A stretch of 64,000 bases of DNA, taken from positions 102,734,001 to 102,798,000 of the forward strand of contig NC_043001.1 in the NCBI RefSeq assembly GCF_006345805.1, in the 5' to 3' direction. This document shows, in pieces, positions 55,128 to 64,000 of the stretch; position 1 is the first letter of the stretch, and the number at the start of each line of letters is the position of its first letter. The notes below the pieces were generated by a model that was not told where the DNA came from, did no database searches, and saw nothing but the letters and a program-made list of their open reading frames with translations. Source of the DNA: Octopus sinensis (lineage: Eukaryota). Position numbers and translations under genes: made by a program.

Positions 55128-55385
55128 ATCATCATCATCATCATCATCGTTTAACGTCCGCTTTCCGCGCTAGCACGGGTTGGACGGTTTGACCGGGTCT
55201 GGGAAGCCAGGGGCCGCACCAGGCTCCAGTCTGAATCTGGCAGAGTTTCTACGGCTGGATGCCCTTCCTAACGCCAACCACTCCGTGAGTGGATTGGGTG
55301 CTTTTTACGTGCCACCTGCACAGGGGCCGGAGGGTCCGGCATCGTCACGATCGGTTCGAGCATTTTAACGTGTCAGCGGCACATG
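55128..55385 (-). mobile_element. Young SINE 3' module with intact CpGs
   Basis: (CAT)n tail then gtttaacgtccgctttccgcgctagcacggg...; retains CpGs that are decayed in other copies. Confidence 0.85.
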
Positions 55386-55507
55386 GGCAACGAGGTCCGG
55401 GGTACTTTGGGGATCCAGGGTACTTTGGGGATCCGGGGTACTTAGAATGAGTAGGGGGTATGTGGAATTGCTGCAGAAAGCAGCCCGGTCTTTGTAGTCA
55501 CAGCATT

Positions 55508-55863
55508 TATCATCACTGAGTAACGTAATTAGGTAGAGGAAAGAATACAGATATTCTAGAGTTGAGTTGGGGAGGGGGAGGTCCAGTTGAGGCGGGTAAT
55601 ATAGGAGGGCAACCAGTGGGGAAGGTTGGGGTAAGGAGAACGATGGCAGGAAGGGTTGGTGTAGGTTCCTAAGAAATAAAGACATTCGTTATCGTCACTG
55701 AGTAACGTTATTAGGTAGAGGAAGAATACAGATATTCGAGAGTTGAGTTGGGGAGAGGGGGGGTCCAGTTGAGGCGGGTAATATAGGGGAGCAACCAGTG
55801 GGGAAGGTTGGGGTAAGGAGGAACGATGGCAGGAAGGGTTGGTGTAGGTTCCTAAGAAATAAA
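55508..55863. repeat. Direct duplication of a G-rich unit of about 173 bp (period 182)
   Basis: Copies at 55508-55680 and 55690-55863. Confidence 0.9.
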
Positions 55864-56180
55864 AACATAGGATATTACGAGGCGGGAGGGAATGAGGCAG
55901 TGTCAGGAGGAAGCATAAGATCGGTGGGCAGTTGATGAGCTATGGCGCTAGCAGCTTGTCTTTTCACAGTGAAAGCATATGAGGAGAAGGGGTAGTGGGG
56001 GGAGGGGGAGGGAGTAGGGCGTACCCGGTGTAGATGAGTAAGGCGTATCCGGTGTAGATGGTGAGGACAGGGTATACTGGTATTGGTGGTGGGAGGTGAG
56101 GAACAGTGTTCACCGGTATTGGTGGTGGGGGTGAGAACAGTGTTCATCGGTATTGGTGGTGGGGGTGGGGGGGCGGGCGC

Positions 56181-57510
56181 ACCGCCAATGGCTGAAAGAT
56201 GGGAAGAGATAGGATTACGGCTTGAGGTAGCCTGGCCTAAGGTTAAATTTTGTAGAGAGAGAGATAGAAAGATAAATCAAGTTATGGCGAAGGCTTGAAA
56301 GTAGCCTAAAAGGTTAAATTTTCGTAACAATGTATGAAGAAACGTAGTAACAACGAATAAAATAGTAAGATAAATTTTTAAGAACTTGCTGCGGACATCG
56401 AACGGGAGTTGAAATTGAATTGGGAATTTAAATTATAGAATCGTAATGGTGAGAGGAGGAAAAAAAGACCGCCAAATGGCTGAAAGATGGGAAGAGATAG
56501 GATTACGGCTTGAGGTAGCCTGGCCTAAGGTTAAATTTTGTAGAGAGAGAGATAGAAAGATAAATCAAGTTATGGCGAAGGCTTGAAAGTAGCCTAAAAG
56601 GTTAAATTTTCGTAACAATGTATGAAGAAACGTAGTAACAACGAATAAAATAGTAAGATAAATTTTTAAGAACTTGCTGCGGACATCGAACGTGGGTTGA
56701 AATTGAATTGGGAATTTAAATTATAGAATCGTAATGGTGAGAGGAGGAAAAAAAGACCGCCAAATGGCTGAAAGATGGGAAGAGATAGGATTACGGCTTG
56801 AGGTAGCCTGGCCTAAGGTTAAATTTTGTAGAGAGAGAGAGATAGAAAGATAAATCAAGTTATGGCGAAGGCTTGAAAGTAGCCTAAAAGGTTAAATTTT
56901 CGTAACAATGTATGAAGAAACGTAGTAACAACGAATAAAATAGTAAGATAAATTTTTAAGAACTTGCTGCGGACATCGAACGGGAGTTGAAATTGAATTG
57001 GGAATTTAAATTATAGAATCGTAATGGTGAGAGGAGGAAAAAAGACCGCCAATGGCTGAAAGATGGGAAGAGATAGGATTACGGCTTGAGGTAGCCTGGC
57101 CTAAGGTTAAATTTTGTAGAGAGAGAGATAGAAAGATAAATCAAGTTATGGCGAAGGCTTGAAAGTAGCCTAAAAGGTTAAATTTTCGTAACAATGTATG
57201 AAGAAACGTAGTAACAACGAATAAAATAGTAAGATAAATTTTTAAGAACTTGCTGCGGACATCGAACGTGGGTTGAAATTGAATTGGGAATTTAAATTAT
57301 AGAATCGTAATGGTGAGAGGAGGAAAAAAGACCGCCAAATGGCTGAAAGATGGGAAGAGATAGGATTACGGCTTGAGGTAGCCTGGCCTAAGGTTAAATT
57401 TTGTAGAGAGAGAGATAGAAAGATAAATCAAGTTATGGCGAAGGCTTGAAAGTAGCCTAAAAGGTTAAATTTTCGTAACAATGTATGAAGAAACGTAGTA
57501 ACAACGAATA
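56181..57510. repeat. Tandem array of about 288-bp units (4.6 copies)
   Basis: Units start at 56181, 56468, 56756, 57045 and 57331; near-identical. Confidence 0.97.
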
Positions 57511-58648
57511 ACATTAATTTTACTATCAATAGTTAAGCCTACTGTATCTGTTAAACCAATACCAAAATATTTTAACTTTCAAACAGAAGCTAGACATATT
57601 TACACATTCTTTTTATCAAAAGCATTTTTAGTGCTTCAAAAACATATTGCCAAGTTAAGAAAACTGGTTTGTTAAAATCAAAATATTGAATACTGTCTAT
57701 AATGATACTAAAGTTCAAAACAAGATATGATAGATTTCCTTCCAAACAGGAACTTTAAGAAAATGGTACGAGTCTGATTTAAACTTTCTCTGAACCAGTA
57801 ATTCCCAATCTTTTCTATCCCATGCACCCCGAGGAAATCTTTGATTAATTTTCACACATTCTACAAAAGTAATATTACATTTCAAGATGGAAAAGTCTTT
57901 TTCCTAATAACTAATTTATTGTTTTTCAAATTGAACCACATACAATACTGTAAGTGAAAAAAAACTGAACTTGAAAGATTTTTACTGACTCAGTGTATAA
58001 AATACAAATGTAAATTGAGGCGTGGCTGTGTGGTAAGAAACTTGCTTCCCAACCACATGGTTCCAGGTTCAGTCCTACTGTGTGGCACTGTGAGTAAGTG
58101 CCATCTCCTATAGCTTCAGGCTGACCAAAGCACACCTGAGTTGATAAAGTTTGGTCTAAAGAGAAACCCAACTAGTCACATAGTGTGATTTAACAAAATG
58201 TTTTTAATCTAAAAGATGAGAGATAGATGCAGCTTACATATAGAGAACCGAGATGAGAGATTCTCAAGCCAGACATATTCATAGGCATATTCAGGTACTG
58301 CAACATCATTGCTCCTGCTGAACTTCTCAACGGTAGGGAAACACTGGTGAGTTTAGAGGGGAGAGGAGCTGTCCAGTGAATTTGGCTTTGATTATGGTCA
58401 ATGAAGTGGTAGAGGAATTCAAGGTTCTGTAGAAGGTGATATTCACTAAGAGCACCCATTGAGATTTTGGAAGTGAATGACAGATCAATAGAAGGCAAGA
58501 TCAAAAATATTCCCATCCATTGGGATAAGGGACACTTCCAAATATCAAGATAGATCAAAGTAGAGAAAGGAAGACTGTAGAGTTTAGAACTGTTGTGGAT
58601 TAACTCAGGGTGCACTGTTTAATGACACTAGAAGAGATATTGTCAAAA

Positions 58649-58883
58649 TTAAAGCGGCGAGCTGGCAGAAACATTAGCACGCCAGGCAAAATGCGTAGCC
58701 GTATTTCGTCTGCCATTACATTCTGAGTTCAAATTCCATCAAGGTCGACTTTGCCTTTCATCCTTTCGGGGTAGAGAAATTAAGTTCCAGTGACGCACTG
58801 GGGTCAATGTAATCGACTTAATCGGTTTGTCTGTCCTCGTTTGTCCCCCCTGTGTTTAGCCCCTTGTGGGTAGTAAAGAAATA
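58649..58883 (+). mobile_element. SINE (ggcggcgagctggcagaa family) with 25-bp TSD
   Basis: TSD GACACTAGAAGAGATATTGTCAAAA at 58624-58648 and 58884-58908. The central gtcgactttgcctttcatcctttcggggt segment resembles a conserved metazoan SINE core domain (recalled as the Meta domain, unverified). Confidence 0.92.
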
Positions 58884-61110
58884 GACACTAGAAGAGATAT
58901 TGTCAAAACTAGAAGTTCTGTTGGCTAGAAGCAATTGGAAATGTTTTCATAGTTTGGAATCTATACAAACTTAATAGTGTGACTTGTAGAGGAAATGTTT
59001 TGTGTATTTGTGTGAGTGTGTGTTATTGATGTCATAATAAATTTATGTTGCAATAGATGTATGCCTTGCATTGTTTATATAATGCTATTAAGAGGCTACA
59101 TACTTGTATACCACGCATACTGATGTATATGCATACATTAGCCTTATGTTAGTAAGGTAGTGGTGATGGTGATGATTGTGTGCGTGTATGAATGTGCATG
59201 TTTTATGCATGAATGTGTGTGCGCGAGTTAACACATTGATAATACTTAAAAATAAAGTTCATAATGAATGAAATTGATGTCTATAAAGAATGAATATGCT
59301 AAATGGCAGCTCTGAATCCCAACAGAATCAGTTTGGAAGCAACAACTGTTTATTTCACCAAGTAACTTGACTTTAAGAAGTCAATACTAACAAAGTACTG
59401 GTAGTTCAAATGAAAAACAAGGGGAGGCGACACAACTACTAAATTGAAGATAATTTAATAATAGATGCAAAATCAGCTTTTCGCAAACACTAATACGATT
59501 TAAGATATTTTCAAATTGACAGCATAATATCATTAGTAGAACATGGCATTGAAATAATCGACATTAGTAACAAAGTTTGAGAAATACAAGCATTCTTTTA
59601 ACTGAAAGTTAAAAGAAACCTCTTGAATGTACAATTTACAAATAGTAAACAAACCATTTAGAATTGAGGTTTCTTGTCATTTTTCTATAAAGTTATGATA
59701 ATTAAACAAATTTCCATTAAAGACAATTGCACTTATTCGACACTCATTGGGAAATTTTTATTTTGCATATTATACAACGACTGATGCAGAAATATAATCT
59801 CTCTTTAGTATTGTATGTGCAAGTGCAGTAATCTACACTTTAAGACCTGCAGTTTATCCATTAAAAACTCATACAAAATAAAACAGGAATTTTAGTGCCA
59901 TCAAAGCTGTTACAGCTAAAACACAAAAAGTGTTAAATATATATGTTACTTCATTGACTTATTACTTACAAATAACCAAACTGAGGATAAACAAAGTTTG
60001 GAGATTAAAAGTTCAGCAGTTGAATGATTAAGTTGTTGGACGAACTCCTGAGCCATTGTTTCAAACTGAGAGATACCCCACTCCAAGACTAAATAAGTAG
60101 CATTAAACATCTTGTTGAAGAAACACATTAAATGTTTAAATAAGCAGGCTTCATTCAGCCCCACACATAATGACAGGCTATTTTGTAGTTGTTTAATAAT
60201 TCAATTTCTTTCTAAGTTAAAAAAATACTTGTAATTTGTAATGATTTTATGAAAAACATATCCAGGAATGATTGAAGAACACCCACTCAAGAATCAGATT
60301 AACTTATATATTTCAACTGCAAGAGCTGACTTTCGTTAGAACTTAAAAGCATAAGTTAAACTGCTTAACAATGAATTCATTATGGACAATCATAATAAAC
60401 CATCTGCTTTAACATAATAATCAATTCCTAATTTCAACATCTGGTTACTGTTTCATGCTGTTATATTTTGGATAGAAATAGAAAACATAAAGGCATTTGG
60501 CTCTATTTCACTTACACAATATTGTCCACTGAAAGACCTGAACTAATCATATATGTATTTTCCAACCATATCCTTCACTTCTTCTGCCTCTGCAATATGG
60601 ATTACAAATCCATCGTAGCAACATATTCAAAGACAATATGAAGAGAAAAACTGAAAATGAGATAATTGTTTCAAATAGTTGTTCTATTACTGTAGTTGCA
60701 CTAAATATCATGAATTCAACCACGTACGGTAAAAAAATACCTGCAGTTATTTGAAAGCCTTTTCAGCTGTGAATTTACAATCAACATATAAACATTCTAA
60801 CATTAACTTAAACAGGAAAATGACTTGGCATCTTCTTACAAGCATGTTTTGGAGGTTATTGTCTTCTCTTCAAAGAAAATACACCCTTTATTTTGTGTTA
60901 ACCAGAGAATTAATTTAAATTTAAATTTATATTACTTTTGGTTAAGCTACTGCTACATGTATAGTGATTTAAATTAAATGTTGAGTAATATCATTTTTTA
61001 AAGACTCACTTAGAGAAAGAATGTTTGGACTTGGAGGAAATAATCAGAATATTTCTGTATCATCTGTACACAGCAGTAATCAAAGTCACATCAAGATTTA
61101 TCAGTCCTAA

Positions 61111-61340
61111 GGTGGCGAGCTGGCAGAAACGTTAGCACGCCGGACGAAATGCTCAGTGGTATTTTGTCTGCCGTTACGTTCTGAGTTCAAATTCCACCGA
61201 GGTCAACTTTGCCTTTCATCCTTTCGGGGTTGATAAATTAAGTACCAGTTACACACTGGGGTCAATGTAATCAACTTAATCCCTTTGTCTGTCCTTGTTT
61301 GTCCCCTCTATGTTTAGCCCCTTGTGGGCAATAAAAAAAT
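61111..61340 (+). mobile_element. SINE (same family) with 19-bp TSD
   Basis: TSD AAGATTTATCAGTCCTAAG / AAGATTTATCAATCCTGAG (2 mismatches). Confidence 0.9.
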
Positions 61341-63639
61341 AAGATTTATCAATCCTGAGCAGGAGTGGAATGCTCACATAGTTGATCATTACATCAATGT
61401 TTTCATCACTAGATTGGGTCCTACAAAATCTTTGAACCTAGAAACAAAGATTGTTGAGCACTTTCAACATCTTTCTGGAAAAAATGATCACAAGGTACAC
61501 ACATCAACGAGGCAATGTCACCTTCATTACACCAATGAAGGGGATGAAGACATTTCTCAGAATGCTTTCATTTATTCCAGCTGTACACATTGCAACTTAC
61601 ACATTTTGGAATACAAATTCAGCTCAAAAACAAGGAATTGGTGCCCAGGAATGGATGTCTTGTAGGGTGAAAATATCTACATGTAATCAACTTTATTCTA
61701 TTCAACTAACCTGGACAGGTAAAAGTGACATAACAAGTAAAAATCAACAACATGTAAAAACCATAAACACAATTTGCATCAATAATCGTTTATATTGTAT
61801 CACTCAGTTTCATCCAAATTCATGCAATAGTTATATTCTTATGGTTTTGTAACCGGATTAACTACCCTTCTTCAAAATCTGCAGTTTCTAACATGACTAA
61901 GACATTTATATAAAGAACGCACAGCAGGGCCAGAGTTAAAGTGTTGATTACTATACTGAAACTAGTCAGATACTAATTATCTGTGCTGCTTTCATAGGAT
62001 TGAGTTCTTACACTCATACTGTTGCATGAACTTCTTCAGTTGAATGGAAAGTATAAGTGAAAAAATAAACATAGTAACAGACACATAGAAAGAAAGATAA
62101 ATAGCTGAACACGTAGACAGTAAAAAGAGAGGATGGGGTCCGATGAATTGTTAATACAGCAGGAAAAAAAAAACTGATCCTTTGTCCATCAGAGATAATT
62201 TAGATATGCAAGTTCTAAGATGTCTTGGGAGGATGAATTGACTTATAAAGGAGCCAAGCAATAAAATCTACTGACTAATTAGACTTTAATATTCATAACA
62301 TCAGACAGATAATGGGAACAGGCAATTAAAAACAAACCACAATTATCCAATAACTGGCTAGAAAAAAAAAGTATAAAAGTTTATTCTAAATCATTTTTCT
62401 AAACTTTAATACCCCCCCACACACACACACACATATATTACAAACACACAGATTACACAGTCATTACAGATTTACTTCACACACATTACCAAAATTCCTG
62501 ACGCACAACACTATACAAATTAAAATCACACCACACTCATACATACACACCATGCACACATAATATTACACACACTTCCACTAGTAACTTTATTCAAATA
62601 CAGTTAGGTCCATAAACATAGCGTTACATTGGTAGATTTATCCAATTTAAAGTTTCGCAATTTCATATAGTTATATTTCATTTTGGTAATTCACTAAGAC
62701 AATTTTTACAATGAAATCTCAAGCAAAGATGGAAAGATAGAACTATATTGTTGATTTGACACAGATAAGAGACTGAAATAGTTAAAATGTAAATTTAAGA
62801 TGTTATTAAACAGAGAGTTTTAATCAAAACCATACATTGTCAGGACATAAATTCAGTGGACAGCTACTCAAAATATAAGCAGCAAACTTTACCAATATCA
62901 AGATGGGCCAATGAATTTGCCTCAACACAATGCTAGACATGCTAGAAATATCAACAAAATCTCCCTCGAATCACTACCATCTTAGACAAAGAGAGGAAGC
63001 ATTAGACAATGTAGACCTTGATATAAAAAAAAAATGGGGTGGTTACAGCCGCAATGTTTCTGATTGTAGGTCTGCTCAATCAGGTCTGACTGAGGCTAAA
63101 CAACCACAATTATGATGTTATGAATGTTGAGAGCAGCGGTTCAAGTTACATGAATAAAATAAAATAATTTTTTGAATTACTTTAAAAATTCTAAATGTGA
63201 ATGAATTACTAGGATTTATGGGATATTCATCATCATCATCATTATTATTTAATGTTCGTTTTTCATGATGGTATGGGTTGGATGGTTTGACAGGAGCTGG
63301 CAAGTCAAAGAGCTGCACTAGGCTCCAATCATCTGTTTGGCATGGTTTCTACAGCTGAATACTTATCCTAATACCAAACACTTTACAGAGAGTACTGAGA
63401 GCTTTTAAGATGCACCAGTACAGGTACTTTTTACAGGGTACCAACACAGGTGCTTTTTATGTTGCGCCAGCATCACATGTACGCATAAATATTGGTTAGC
63501 TGGGGATGTGCTGGACATTTTCGCTTAACAACCCAACTCTAAACAACTGACTTATGACTGAAGATTTTTTAGTTGTAATCATTCAATTTTATGTTTTTCA
63601 GTTTTATATCAAAAACTATATTGTCCACTGTAACATTCT

Positions 63640-64000
63640 CTTTTTAAGATGGTGTGACTTGAGAGAGATTTGGATACTATTTTAGACAGGTTGTACATCT
63701 CTAAAACTAACAGCAACAACTGTGATGACACCCAAATTGGAGGGCTTTCTGTTTGATAAACATCAATGGTGTAGAAAAAGGAAAGATGCCAACCTGGAAA
63801 CTGCTGATCTTCCTCAAAAAATCTTGCTTTGGCCCATGCATAGACGTGCAGATGCATGACCCCTGTCAATCTGGATTGACAGAGACACCTTCTTCAAACA
63901 GCAATGCAAAATTGTTCTCACTCCTTCCAGAAACCAAAAGATCTGGTCTGCATGGACAGCAGGATTTTGTAGTATATGATTTGTTTCACTAAACCAGGTG
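63640..64000 (+). mobile_element. Possible degenerate RTE RT fragment running off the window end
   Basis: GKMPTWK, LLPET and MICSLNQV resemble GKVPQDWK, ILPETQCGF and DMIFSLRQ. Confidence 0.35.

Noticed and set aside
63075-63885. QSGLTE hexapeptide in two nearby ORFs with only synonymous differences
   Set aside because: No similarity beyond six codons, and both lie in probable RTE debris; likely chance.

Overview
AT-rich, repeat-dense eukaryotic DNA. The SINE families, (TA)/(CA) microsatellite fields and TE remnants fit an octopod (Octopus) genome; this is inference from pattern recognition, not a search. The only confidently identified host coding sequence is one intact 140-nt minus-strand exon (48370-48509) of the Greatwall/MASTL kinase ([47 protein letters not shown]). 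I could not find its neighbouring kinase exons, so most of the window is probably intronic. The rest is a dense, often nested TE landscape: a near full-length degenerate CR1-type LINE, many RTE fragments, an I/Ingi-type 3' end, an R4/Dong-type element among TAA repeats, hAT and mariner transposase fossils, MITEs and several SINE families. The most interesting observation is a tRNA-headed SINE family (2 copies) whose 3' half reconstructs a minimal type I hammerhead ribozyme of the Penelope-associated kind. Also notable are a young, CpG-rich, multi-scale tandem-repeat composite with an ABAB 288-bp array (55.1-57.5 kb), a locally templated inverted insertion, and some unverified candidate exons. 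Most ORFs in the supplied track are microsatellite or TE artefacts. Boundaries of old TE fragments are approximate.
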